Shown here one piece after another: positions 43,655-55,722 of a stretch of DNA of 64,000 nucleotides. The stretch's first letter is position 1; each line of letters starts with the position of its first letter. The notes under the pieces are model-generated. The model was not told where the DNA came from, did no database searches, and was given only the letters and a program-made list of their open reading frames with translations. This DNA is from an uncultured Candidatus Rokubacteria bacterium (GTDB lineage: Bacteria > Methylomirabilota > Methylomirabilia > Rokubacteriales > CSP1-6). The stretch lies in NCBI GenBank assembly GCA_963789955.1, contig CAWBMV010000034.1:608001-672000 (forward strand). Reading direction: 5' to 3'. The position numbers were made by a program, and so were the translations under genes.

Positions 43655-44825
43655 TCAGCGGCTCAGCTGCTTGAGTCCGCGCAGCGCCTGGCGAATCCGC
43701 TGCTCGTTCTCGACGAGCGCGAACCGCACGTAGCCCTCGCCGTACTCGCCGAAGCCGATGCCCGGTGAGACGGCCACCTTGGCCTCCTGGATCAAGAGCT
43801 TGGAGAACTCGAGCGAGCCCAGGCTACGGAAGGCGTCGGGAATCGGCGCCCAGACGAACATCGTGCCCTTCGGCTTGGGCACGTTCCACCCGATCTTGTT
43901 GAGCCCGTCGACCAGGACGTCGCGGCGCTTTCGGTGCAGGTCGACGATCTCGGCGACGCACTTCTGGTCGGCCTCGAGCGCGACGATGCCGGCGATCTGG
44001 ATCGGCTGGAAGGCGCCGTAGTCCAGATAGGACTTGATGCGGGCCAGCGCGGCGATCATCCGGGAATTGCCGCAGCACGAAGCCGAGCCGCCAGCCGGCC
44101 ATGTTGTACGACTTCGAGGTCGAGAAGATCTCGACGCCGACGTCGCGCGCGCCCGGCACCTCGAGGAACGACGGCGGCTGATAGCCGTCGAACGTGAAGT
44201 CGGCGTACGCGAAATCGTGGACGACCATCAGCCGATGCTCGCGCGCGAAATCCACGACCTTCACGAAGAAGTCGCGGTCCACGCACATCGTCGTCGGGTT
44301 GTGCGGGAAAGACAGAATCAGCAGCTTGGCCTTCGGCCACGCCAGCCGCGCCGTTTCCTGCAGCCGCGCGAAGAAATCCCCGTCGGGCGTGAGCGGCACC
44401 GAGCGCAGATCGCCGTCGGCGATGACGACCGAGTACGAGTGGATCGGATAGGTCGGGTTCGGCACGAGCGCGCCGTCACCGGGCTGGAGCACGGCCAGCG
44501 CCAGATGCGCCATGCCTTCCTTGGCGCCGATGGTGGCGATGACTTCCGAGTCCGGGTTCAGATCGACCTTGTAGCGGTCGCGATACCACTTCGCCATCGC
44601 GACCCGCAGCCGCGTGATACCGCGTGACGCCGAATAGCGGTGGTTCTTCGGATTCTTCGCCGCCTCGACGAGCTTGTCGACGATGTGCTTGGGCGTCGGC
44701 ATGTCGGGGTTGCCCATGCCGAGGTCGATCACGTCTTCGCCGCGAGCTCGCGCCTTGGTCTTGAGGTCGTTGACGATGGCGAATACGTACGGCGGCAGTC
44801 GTTTGATTCGGTAAAACTCGTCCAT
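43655..44825 (-). CDS. Class I/II PLP aminotransferase (AlaC-like; frameshift near 44072)
   Basis: [44 protein letters not shown]. Confidence 0.9.
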
Positions 44826-44853
44826 GGAGGACTCCTCTTCGACCAGCCCACCG

Positions 44854-44882
44854 ATGATACGCGTGGCCGCCAGGAGTGTCAA
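44854..44882 (-). promoter_or_regulatory. sigma70 promoter of aminotransferase-hom-thrC operon
   Basis: TTGACA-N17-TATCAT upstream of GAGGAG SD. Confidence 0.75.
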
Positions 44883-44979
44883 GAAAGGTACGTTCTCATG
44901 CGGGGTTAGGAGCCACGCTCGTGCCGAAACTGACGCGAAATGTTGCCACCATTGTCGTTATGGCAGCGGGAGTGTCCTC

Positions 44980-44992
44980 CAAACCCTTGATT
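44980..44992 (-). promoter_or_regulatory. IHF binding site
   Basis: AATCAAGGGTTTG fits WATCAANNNNTTR exactly, just upstream of a sigma54 box. Confidence 0.6.
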
Positions 44993-45008
44993 GTTCATGG
45001 GGGAGTTC

Positions 45009-45023
45009 CGGCACGCCCCTTGC
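45009..45023 (+). promoter_or_regulatory. sigma54 -24/-12 promoter
   Basis: CGGCACGCCCCTTGC versus consensus TGGCACGNNNNTTGC. Confidence 0.7.
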
Positions 45024-45059
45024 CACTTCAGGGCCTTCGTGGTCGCCCAGGAATCGTCC

Positions 45060-46017
45060 GTGGACACTTTGGCCGGCTCAACGGCGGAACCCGCCAGGCC
45101 GGCGGCGCCGAGCGCCAGCGCGGCACGTCCGCGCCGGCCCAACCGGAAACAGTTCAGCCTGCTCATCGTCCGGGGCGACGGTACCCGGGTCATCCGATTC
45201 AACTTCCCTCGCCCGGCAGCCATCGCGGCTTTCGCGAGCTTCGCGGTCGCCCTGACGACGTTCTGCGGCCTCCTGACCGACTGGCTCCAGCTGCGACAGC
45301 TCACGGTCGAGGCCAGGACGTTCAAGTCGCAGATCGGCCGAGCAGCAAGCGTCGATCGATGCCTTCAACCGCCGGGTCGTCGAGCTCCGTACCGAGATGA
45401 CGAGCTGGCGCGACCTGCACGCGAGAATCTGGGAGCCGTTCGGGCCGGAGCTTCAGCCCGGCGGCCGTGACCGTGCGGTCGGTGGCGGCGCGCTCCGCGT
45501 CGACCGCGTGACCGGCAAGCTCTCGCCGCGCGACGAGCTCGAGCGTCTCGCCGAGAGCGTGGCGGAGCAGGGCGAGAGCCTGAAGGCGCTCGACCGGCTC
45601 GTCGCGCGCGCGGGCAAAGCTCTGGCGGCGCTGCCCTCGCGGTGGCCGATCCGTGGCGCCGTCAATTCCGAGTTCGGGATGCGACAGTCGCCGTGGACCT
45701 CAGGCACCGAGTTCCACAGCGGTCTCGACATCCGCGCGCAGCACGGCACGCCCATCCGCGCTCCGGCTGGCGGCGTCGTGACGATCGCCGGGACCTATCA
45801 GGAATACGGCATCACGGTCATCCTCGACCATGGCCAGGACATCAAGAGCGTCTACGGCCACCTGTCGAAGACGAACGTCAAGCCGGGTGACCGGGTCGAG
45901 CGCGGCGCCGTGGTCGGCTGGTCCGGGAACACCGGCCGCTCGACCGGCGCGCACTTGCACTACGAGATCATGGTCAAGGGCCAGGCGGTCAATCCCCGCG
46001 CCTACCTCTGGGATTAG
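45060..46017 (+). CDS. M23 family metallopeptidase with TM and coiled coil (frameshift near 45340)
   Basis: HSGLD (HxxxD), YGHLS, GNTGRSTGAHLHYE. Confidence 0.9.
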
Positions 46018-46023
46018 GGAGAT

Positions 46024-46091
46024 GGGGGCCTCGAAGGCCCCCAAGCCCCCCAGCGCTCGGAGACGCCCCGGCGTAGCCGGGGCGCCCCTCG
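46024..46091. repeat. Double-hairpin REP-like element between convergent genes
   Basis: GGGGGCC-tcgaa-GGCCCCC and CGCCCCGGC-gta-GCCGGGGCG. Confidence 0.6.
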
Positions 46092-46132
46092 AAAACGGTT
46101 CTGAAGGTCTTGCCGTAGTCGAACGCTTCCGG

Positions 46133-46943
46133 CTATTTCTTGCGGGACGCGCGCGCGATGAAATCGAGACTCAGCGCGTTGAAAACGTCCGGACGCTCGA
46201 GGAAGTATCCATGGCCGGCGGTCGGGACCGTGCGGAGCTCGGCGCCGGGGATGCGGGCCACGATCTCGCGAGCGAAGCGCGGCGGTACGAGGATGTCGTC
46301 CTCGGCGACGCTGACGAGCGTCGGGCAGCGGATGGCTCCGAGACGCTCGATCGCATCGTGGGCGGCGACCGCTTCGCCCTGCCGAAGAAATCCGGCCAAG
46401 GATTGCGGGTAGGGGTTTGCCAGCGAGTTCTGTAGCAGCGCCTCGATGAACTCCGGACGCTCGGCGTAGGTCGTCGGGGAGAAGAGCCACAGGCCCAGGG
46501 TCCGCAAGGTCGCCTCGCGACCAAGCCCGATTCGCATCTCGCGCCACGCCGAGTTCAGCGCCAGCATGTACGCATCCGGGCGCGCGAACGTGCAGGCCAG
46601 ATGCAGCGAGCGTACGCGCTCCGGCCGCGCCAGCACCAGCTCCTGCGCGATCATGCCGCCCATCGACACGCCGAGCACGTGCGCGCTATCGACGCCGAGC
46701 GCGTCCATGAGCCCGAGCGCGTCGGCGGCCATCATGCGCGTCGTGTACGGCTCATCGGGAGCATCGGTCTGACCGACCCCGCGATTGTCGAACGCGATCA
46801 CCCGATGCCGCGCGCGCGAAGTCGGCCATCTGCAGTGCCCAGGCCAGATGATCCCCACCGAACCCCATGATCAGGACCAGCGGGTCGCCCTCGCCGACGT
46901 CCTGATAGAACATCTGAATATCCCCGACGCGAACAGTCGGCAC
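46133..46943 (-). CDS. Alpha/beta fold hydrolase (frameshift near 46815)
   Basis: FDNRGVG, GVSMGG, AGHG. Confidence 0.88.
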
Positions 46944-47093
46944 GGGTCAGCTTCTAGGCTCGCAAGTCGTTACGCGCGTGAGTGTCAGGAGCGGGGACGG
47001 GGGCGTGGGGGGCTCTCGTGAGCCCTGTGTAGGCACGGTTGCAGAGATCGCGAAGCACGAACCAAGTCTACAGCACCCATCCGCGCGCAGGGC

Positions 47094-48119
<1,026 letters not shown>

Positions 48120-48127
48120 GGCGGGCC

Positions 48128-49105
<978 letters not shown>

Positions 49106-49119
49106 GGCGCCCCCTGGAG

Positions 49120-50176
49120 CTATCGCTTACGTGTGATTTCCGCGAAGGCCTCGAGCGTGCGCCCGATGTCCTCCGCGTCGATGTCTTTGTGAGTCACGCA
49201 CCGAATCTCCGTAGGACCGATCGCGTGGATCTTCACCTTGCGGGCGCCGCAGCCCGCGACCAGCTCGCTCGTCGCGGCCGCCGACGACTCGGCCCCGCCG
49301 CGCTCGACACGGAATATCACAATGTTCGTCTGCACGCTCGCCAGATCGACCGAGAGACCGGGGAGCTTGGCCAGACCCTCCGCCAGGGCGCGGGCGTTCG
49401 CGTGATCCTCGGCGAGGCGGTCCACCATCTTCTCCAGCGCGACGACGCCGGCCGCCGCGATCACCCCCGCCTGACGCATCCCGCCGCCCAGCATCTTGCG
49501 CACGCGGCGGGCCTTGCCGATGAGCTCGCCGGAGCCGCAGATCACCGAGCCGACCGGGGCGGCGAGGCCCTTCGAGACGCAGAACGTGACGGAGTCGACG
49601 TCGCGGACGAAATCGCGGGCCGGGCGCTTGAGCGCGACGGCCGCGTTGAAGAGCCGCGCCCCGTCCATGTGCACCGGGACCGACGCTTCGTGGGCCACGG
49701 CGGCGATGGCGCTGATCTCCTCGGGCGTGCAGCACGTGCCGCCGTGACGATTGTGCGTGTTCTCGACGCAGACCAGGCCGGTCGGCGGCACGTGGATGTT
49801 CGCGGGACGCAACGCCGCTCGGACCTGGTCGGGCGTGAGAAAGCCGCGCGCCGTCTTGACCGGCCGCATCTGGAGGTTGCCGACCACCGCGGCGCCGGCC
49901 ACCTCGTTGTTGAAGATGTGCGAGTCCAGGTCGAGGACGACTTCCTGGCCGGTCTGCGTCTGGCTGACCACGGAGATGAGGTTGCCCATCGTGCCGGACG
50001 CGACGAAGAGGCCGGCGGCCTTGCCGAGTCGCTCGGCCGCGAGCGCCTCGAGCCGCTTGACGGTCGGATCCTCCTCCCAGACGTCGTCACCGACCTGGGG
50101 CGCGTGCCATGGCGTCGCGCATCTCGGGAGTGGGGAGGGTCAGCGTGTCGGAGCGGAGGTCGACGATGTCGTGCAC
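49120..50176 (-). CDS. ltaE: Low-specificity L-threonine aldolase (frameshift near 50100)
   Basis: [50 protein letters not shown]. Confidence 0.9.
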
Positions 50177-50179
50177 GGC

Positions 50180-50959
50180 TTATCTCTTGGTGCCGGCGAC
50201 GCCGGCGCTGATGAGCCGCTGCTTGCCGCGGCGGCCCCATTCGGTGAAATCGTAGTCGACGGACAGCCGCCGGAGCAGGTCGATCGCCTCGGCGTTCTTG
50301 CCCTCGTAGAAGTTCACCTCGGCGAGCAGATACAGCGTCTCCGGGATGACGGCGGTGCGCGAATAATCCTTCAGCACCAGCTCGAGCCGCTGCCGCGCCG
50401 AACTCGGATTGCCCTGAGTGAAGTAGTAGTTGGCGACCCACACTTCCTTCTGGGCGATTCGCTCGCGGCACTTGTCGATCTTGGCGAGCCCGTCGGTCGC
50501 GTACCGGCTCTGCGGGTACTCCTTCACGAGCTTCTTGAACTGGTCGAGCGCCCGCTGGGTCAGCGCCTGGTCCTGCTCGACGGGCTTCATCTGGTCGTAG
50601 TAGCTCATGGCCAGCCGATACTGGACCAGGTCCGCGATCTCGTGCCGGGGGAAGAACGCCAGGAACCCCTCGAACTCTTTCACCGCCTTGTCGAACTCGG
50701 CCTCGCGATAGAAGGCCTCGCCGATGTAGAACCGCGCTTTCGGCGCGTACGACGAGTTCGGGTGGCGCTCGACGATCTTCCGGAAATTCTGCCGCGCCTC
50801 GTCGTACCGGCGATTGTTCAGCTCGGTCTCACCGGTCTTGTAGAGCTCATCTGGAGGCAGGATCGGCGTCGGCGCAGGCGTGAGCGCTGCGCAGCCGGCC
50901 ACGAGCAGCGGCAGGCCCAACGCGAGGACACGTACAAGCAAGGCGGGATACCCTAACAT
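50180..50959 (-). CDS. bamD: Outer membrane protein assembly factor BamD
   Basis: VAGC lipobox, TPRs, DQALTQRA..F..LVKEYPQSRY, E.WVANYY. Confidence 0.88.
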   Translation of the reverse strand: MLGYPALLVRVLALGLPLLVAGCAALTPAPTPILPPDELYKTGETELNNRRYDEARQNFRKIVERHPNSSYAPKARFYIGEAFYREAEFDKAVKEFEGFLAFFPRHEIADLVQYRLAMSYYDQMKPVEQDQALTQRALDQFKKLVKEYPQSRYATDGLAKIDKCRERIAQKEVWVANYYFTQGNPSSARQRLELVLKDYSRTAVIPETLYLLAEVNFYEGKNAEAIDLLRRLSVDYDFTEWGRRGKQRLISAGVAGTKR

Positions 50960-51075
50960 CGAAATTGGCCAATACATATAGCACAGTCCCAACGGAAAAA
51001 CCCCCTGCCAACCCCTGAGAGGCGGCCGCCGGGCCTATCCCTGAACTGGCCATCAGGGGTAAGATGTGGGGCCCA

Positions 51076-52326
51076 ATGAAGCGCAAGCTGCTCTTCACGC
51101 TCGGCTGCCTGGTCGGCCTGGCGACACTCTCCTACGGCGGCTACGCGTGGTACAACGCGATCACCTACGTCTCCACGGACGACGCCTATGTCGAAGGTAC
51201 GATCTCGCCCATCAGCGCGAAGGTGGCCGGGCACATCGTGGAGCTCCTGGTTCAGGACAACCAGGCGGTGAAGAAGGGCGATCTGCTCATGCGGGTCGAT
51301 CCCCGCGATTTCCAGGCCAAGCGCGACCAGGCGCGTGCCGCGGTCGCCACCGCCGAAGCCACCGTCCGGGCCGCGCGCTCCGAAGTGCCGCTGGCCCGCG
51401 AGGGCACGCACGCGCAGATCGAGCAGGCGCGGGCGTCGCTGCAAGTGGCACTGGTCGGTGTGAAGTCGGCCGAGTCGGCGGTCGAAGAGTCGCGCGCGCG
51501 ACTCGAGGCCAAGCGGTCCGCGACCGACGCGATGCGCGCCGACATCGCCGGCGCCCAGAGCACGTACCGCCAGGCCGGCCGCGAGCTCGAGCGCATCAAG
51601 AGCTTGCTCAAGAGCGACCTGGTGGCGCGGCGAGACTACGACCAGGCCGAAGCCGCCTATGAGACCTCCGGCTCGACGGTCGAAGCGCTGCAACGACGTA
51701 TGACGCAGTCCGAGCGCGAGATCCAGCAGGCGGAGGCGGAGCTCGGTAACCGCGCCCACGCCGTCGACCAGGCGCGGCAGCGCGTCGCGGAGTCGCGGGC
51801 CGCGCTGGCGCTCGCCGAGAGTCAGATCCATCAAGTGACGATCAAGGACGCGGAGGCGAGTCGTGCCGAGGCCCGGCTGCGCGAGATGCAGGCCGACCTC
51901 GCTTTCGCCGACCTCCAGCTCGAGCACACCGAGGTGCGAGCCCCGCTCGACGGCGTCGTGTCGAAGCGGAGCGTCGAGCTCGGGCAGGTGGTCCAGATGG
52001 GCCAGCCGCTCCTGGCGATCGTGCCGCTCCAGGACGTGTGGGTGGTGGCGAACTTCAAGGAGACGCAGCTCGGTCGCCTCCGGACCGGCATGAAGGCGGC
52101 CGTCGAGGTCGACGGCTATCCCGACAAGTCGTACACCGGGACGATCGAGTCGATGAGCGCGGGGACGGGCGCGCGCTTCTCGCTGCTTCCCCCCGAGAAC
52201 GCCACCGGCAACTGGGTGAAGGTCGTTCAGCGCGTCCCGGTCAGGATTCACCTCGACGGCAAGATGACCAACCCGCACACCTTGCGGGCGGGGATGTCGG
52301 TCGTCGTCACGATTCGCGTTCGCTGA
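51076..52326 (+). CDS. HlyD/EmrA family membrane fusion protein
   Basis: STDDAYV, RAPLDGVV, ANFKETQL, PPENATGNWVKVVQRVPV. Confidence 0.92.
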   Translation: MKRKLLFTLGCLVGLATLSYGGYAWYNAITYVSTDDAYVEGTISPISAKVAGHIVELLVQDNQAVKKGDLLMRVDPRDFQAKRDQARAAVATAEATVRAARSEVPLAREGTHAQIEQARASLQVALVGVKSAESAVEESRARLEAKRSATDAMRADIAGAQSTYRQAGRELERIKSLLKSDLVARRDYDQAEAAYETSGSTVEALQRRMTQSEREIQQAEAELGNRAHAVDQARQRVAESRAALALAESQIHQVTIKDAEASRAEARLREMQADLAFADLQLEHTEVRAPLDGVVSKRSVELGQVVQMGQPLLAIVPLQDVWVVANFKETQLGRLRTGMKAAVEVDGYPDKSYTGTIESMSAGTGARFSLLPPENATGNWVKVVQRVPVRIHLDGKMTNPHTLRAGMSVVVTIRVR

Positions 52327-52337
52327 CGACGAGTCGC

Positions 52338-52842
52338 TCAGACCGCCAAGAGCTTCTCCATGACGATCGTGTCGACCCACTTGCCATCGAGCTGACCCTG
52401 CTCGTGGTAGATGCCCACCGTGCGAAAGCCGGACTTCGCGTAGAGCGCCATGCCGCCGGCGTTGCCGGGAAACGCGGACAGCACGAGCTTGTGATAGCCG
52501 TGTGTGCGACCGAGCTCGGTCAATTTCTCGAGCAGGACCCTGCCCACGCCCTTCCCGCGCCACCCGCGCTCGACGTACACGGAGATGTCGGCGACGAAGC
52601 GATAGGACTCGCGAGCGTTGAACACGTTCAGACTCGCCCAGCCGATTGGACGTGTTCGGCCCTATCTCGGCGACGATCACCGGGTGGCGCGCATCGCGGC
52701 CCGCGAGCCACTGGCGGCGCTCGTCGGGCGTCCGTAGCTCGGTCTCGAGCGTCGCGACCCGGTCTTCGATCCCCTGGTTGTAGATGCGGCAGATCGCCTC
52801 GGCGTCCGCCGCCGACGCGAGCCGGAGACGATAGGCCGTCAC
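52338..52842 (-). CDS. GNAT N-acetyltransferase, ArsN1/phosphinothricin acetyltransferase-like (frameshift near 52650)
   Basis: IYNQGIEDRVATLET, SVYVERGWRGKGVG, GFRTVG..G.LDGKWVD. Confidence 0.82.
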
Positions 52843-53813
52843 GTCAGCTCTCGGCTGTCGAGCCGTCCGTCCTTCTTGAGCCGCTCGAACTCGTCGAGGG
52901 TTTTCGCGACACCGTCGGCGAGCGAGGTGGGAGGGGCGGGACCGAGATCCTTCTGATAGCGCCTGTCGTCGAGCTCCGCCGGGAACGGGAGCGCCTGCTC
53001 CACGCGGGTGATCGTGCCGGTCACCGACGGCCGCGCCGCTTCGATCGTTCGCACCACGTCCGCCACCGACGCCGAAGCGCCGTGCAGGTTGTAGACGCGG
53101 GCGCCGTCGAGCCGCGCGGCGGCCGCGGCCAGCAGCGCGCGCGCGACGTCCTCGGTATAGATGAGATCGGTCGCCCCGCCCCAGCGAATCTGGAACGGAC
53201 GGCCGAGGACCGCCGCCTTCATGGCCAGGGTCGGATCGGCGGTGAGACCGAAGTCGCGACCCGGTCCGTAGACGGTCAGCGGACGGAAGCCGGACGACGG
53301 GATCCGGTGCTCCTCCCAGTAGACGCGCGCCGTCTCCTCGTTGGCGACCTTGTACACGCCGTAGTGCGTCGCCGGGTGCGCCGGCGCGTCGTCCTTGATG
53401 GGGCCGGGCGGATAGAGGCTGGGCGCGCCGAAGACCGCCGCCGACGAGACATAGACCACGCGCTCGATCTGACCCGCGGCCGCGCGCACGACGTCGAAGA
53501 CGTTGGCGGTGCCGACCACGTTGATCGCGGCGCCGCGCGGCGGATCCTGCCGGCACAGCGGCACCTGCCACGCGGCGAGATGGATCACGCGGCGGATCGC
53601 GTGGTCGCGCACCACGCGCGCGAGGCTCTCGCGGTCGGTGATGTCGCCGCGGACGATCGCGATGCGGCTCGGCGCGTCGGGTCCCGCGATCATGCGGATG
53701 CGCCACGGATCGTCGCCGAGGTCGTAGACCACCGGATGCTCGCCCGCGGCGAGCAGACCGCGCACGACCCACGCGCCGATGCAGCCGAACGCGCCGGTGA
53801 CCAGGGTCGCCAT
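52839..53813 (-). CDS. NAD-dependent epimerase/dehydratase
   Basis: LVTGAFGCIG, HLAA, YGVYK, VYGPGR. Confidence 0.9.
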   Translation of the reverse strand: MATLVTGAFGCIGAWVVRGLLAAGEHPVVYDLGDDPWRIRMIAGPDAPSRIAIVRGDITDRESLARVVRDHAIRRVIHLAAWQVPLCRQDPPRGAAINVVGTANVFDVVRAAAGQIERVVYVSSAAVFGAPSLYPPGPIKDDAPAHPATHYGVYKVANEETARVYWEEHRIPSSGFRPLTVYGPGRDFGLTADPTLAMKAAVLGRPFQIRWGGATDLIYTEDVARALLAAAAARLDGARVYNLHGASASVADVVRTIEAARPSVTGTITRVEQALPFPAELDDRRYQKDLGPAPPTSLADGVAKTLDEFERLKKDGRLDSRELT

Positions 53814-53820
53814 GAACCGG

Positions 53821-53828
53821 AATATAAT
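53821..53828. promoter_or_regulatory. Bidirectional overlapping -10 elements
   Basis: TATAAT (+) 7 nt before GTG 53836 and TATATT (-) 7 nt before ATG 53813. Confidence 0.6.
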
Positions 53829-53835
53829 GCCCCTC

Positions 53836-54591
53836 GTGTTCCAGAGCGAGCGGTTCTTCCGCGAAGCGTGGCCCCAGATCTCGCAATCGGTCGAGTCCGG
53901 GACGGACGCGGCGAGCGACGTGCAGTGGATCGCCGGCGTCGTCGGGCTCGAGACCGGCGCGCGCGTGCTCGACGCGCCGTGCGGCTTCGGCCGGCACTCG
54001 GTCGAGTTCGCGCGGCGCGGCTGCGACACGACCGGCGTGGACTTCAGCGAGACCGAGCTCGGCCGCGCGCGCAAGGCGGCCGGCGAGGCGGATGTCTCGC
54101 TCGCGCTCGAGTGCCAGGACATTCGCGACATGGAGTTCTCGAGCGAGTTCGATCTGGCGGTGAACCTCTTCAGCTCGATCGGCTACTTCTCCGAGGACGA
54201 GGACCGCCTCGTGCTCGACCGCTTCTGGCGCGCGCTCAAGCCCGGCGGCGCCTTCGTCGTCGACACCCGCAACCGCGACCAGTGCGTGCGGTCGCTGCCG
54301 CCCGAAGAGCGGATGCGGCGCGGTAGCTCGACGATCCGCGTCGAGAACGAGTTCGATCCGACGACCAGCCGCTGGCGCGCCCGGTGGTGGCGGCTCAAGC
54401 GCGCGTCGGCGAAGTCGGCGGAAGGCCCTCCGGAATTGATCGGCGAGAGCGAGATCCGGCTCTACTCGGCGCACGAGCTGCTCCACATGCTGCGGCCGGA
54501 GCGCTGGCGCAAGGTCGAGCTCTTCGGCGGTCTCGACGGCACCCCCTTCTCGCTCGATACCCACCGGCTCGTCGTCGTGGCCTGGAAGTAG
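53836..54591 (+). CDS. Class I SAM-dependent methyltransferase
   Basis: VLDAPCGFGRH, FSSIGYF, LKPGG. Confidence 0.88.
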   Translation: MFQSERFFREAWPQISQSVESGTDAASDVQWIAGVVGLETGARVLDAPCGFGRHSVEFARRGCDTTGVDFSETELGRARKAAGEADVSLALECQDIRDMEFSSEFDLAVNLFSSIGYFSEDEDRLVLDRFWRALKPGGAFVVDTRNRDQCVRSLPPEERMRRGSSTIRVENEFDPTTSRWRARWWRLKRASAKSAEGPPELIGESEIRLYSAHELLHMLRPERWRKVELFGGLDGTPFSLDTHRLVVVAWK

Positions 54592-54650
54592 TAGAATCCA
54601 GCACTCGCGCATCCCACAACTTCCTGAAGTGAAGTAAGGAGATTCGCTCG

Positions 54651-55634
54651 ATGGCCACTGAGCGTCCCCTCGTCGTGCTCGCCGGCCCCATTCACCCCGA
54701 CGGCAAGGCGCTGCTCGAGAAAGAAGCGCGTGTCGTCGTGTGCGAGGACGAGACCGAGGCGGGGCTGGTCAAGGCGGCCACCGATGCGCAGGGAATCCTG
54801 TTCCGTATCCGGCCGCGGTGCACGGAGAGCCTGATGGCCGCGTGCCGCTCGCTCAAGGTGGTCGGCCGGCACGGCGTCGGGCTCGACACGGTGGACATCC
54901 CCGCCGCCACGAAGCTCGGCGTCGCGGTCGTGCACGCGCCCGGCTCCAACTCGCAGGCCGTCGCCGAGCACGCGCTGATGCTGATGCTCACCTGCGTCAA
55001 GCGCACGTTCGCGGTCGACAAGGCGACCCGCGCGGGCGACTGGGGCACCGCGCGCGCGGGCAACACCGAGCTCGGCGGAAAGACCCTCGGCATCGTCGGC
55101 GTCGGTAACGTCGGCCGCCGTGTCGCGAAGTTCGCGGGCGCGCTCGGGATGCGCGTGCTCGGCCACGACAAGTACGTCGCCGACGACGAGCTCCGCCGGC
55201 GGGGCGCCGAGCCGGTGGCGAGCCTCGAAGCGCTGCTGCCGCAGGTCGACGTGCTCACGTGCCATACGCCGCTCACCCCCGAGACGCGGCACATGATCAA
55301 CGAGAAGACCATCGGCCTCATGAAGCCGGGCGCGATCTACATCAATACGTCGCGCGGCCCGGTCCAGGACGAGCGCGCGCTCTTCGAGGCGCTCACGCGC
55401 GGCAAGCTCGGCGCCGCCGGGCTCGACGTCTGGGAAGACGAGCCCACGTCGGCGGACAATCCAATCCTGAATCTGCAGAACGTCGTGTGCTCCTCGCACG
55501 TCGCCGGAGTCACGCGCGAGGCCACCCGCCAGGCGGCCATGCAGGTCTCGGGCGAGATGCTCCGCGTCTTGCGCGGCGAGCGGCCCGACGTGCTCGTCAA
55601 TCCAGAGGTCTGGGCGCGCCTCGGCCAACGGTAA
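54651..55634 (+). CDS. D-2-hydroxyacid dehydrogenase (SerA-like)
   Basis: GVGLD, AVAEHA, GVGNVG, INTSRG, GLDVWEDEP, HVAG. Confidence 0.9.
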   Translation: MATERPLVVLAGPIHPDGKALLEKEARVVVCEDETEAGLVKAATDAQGILFRIRPRCTESLMAACRSLKVVGRHGVGLDTVDIPAATKLGVAVVHAPGSNSQAVAEHALMLMLTCVKRTFAVDKATRAGDWGTARAGNTELGGKTLGIVGVGNVGRRVAKFAGALGMRVLGHDKYVADDELRRRGAEPVASLEALLPQVDVLTCHTPLTPETRHMINEKTIGLMKPGAIYINTSRGPVQDERALFEALTRGKLGAAGLDVWEDEPTSADNPILNLQNVVCSSHVAGVTREATRQAAMQVSGEMLRVLRGERPDVLVNPEVWARLGQR

Positions 55635-55722
55635 CGCGCCCCGGTCCCGCCGCCCGATCGAGAAGGCGGCCGCGTCCGATCCGCGGGAACGCCATCGGCC
55701 CAAACAGAGGTAGAATCCCCCT

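Noticed and set aside
50953..54612. 1219-aa minus-strand ORF
   Set aside because: Mostly antisense shadow of the HlyD and methyltransferase genes; only the GNAT N-terminal segment is real
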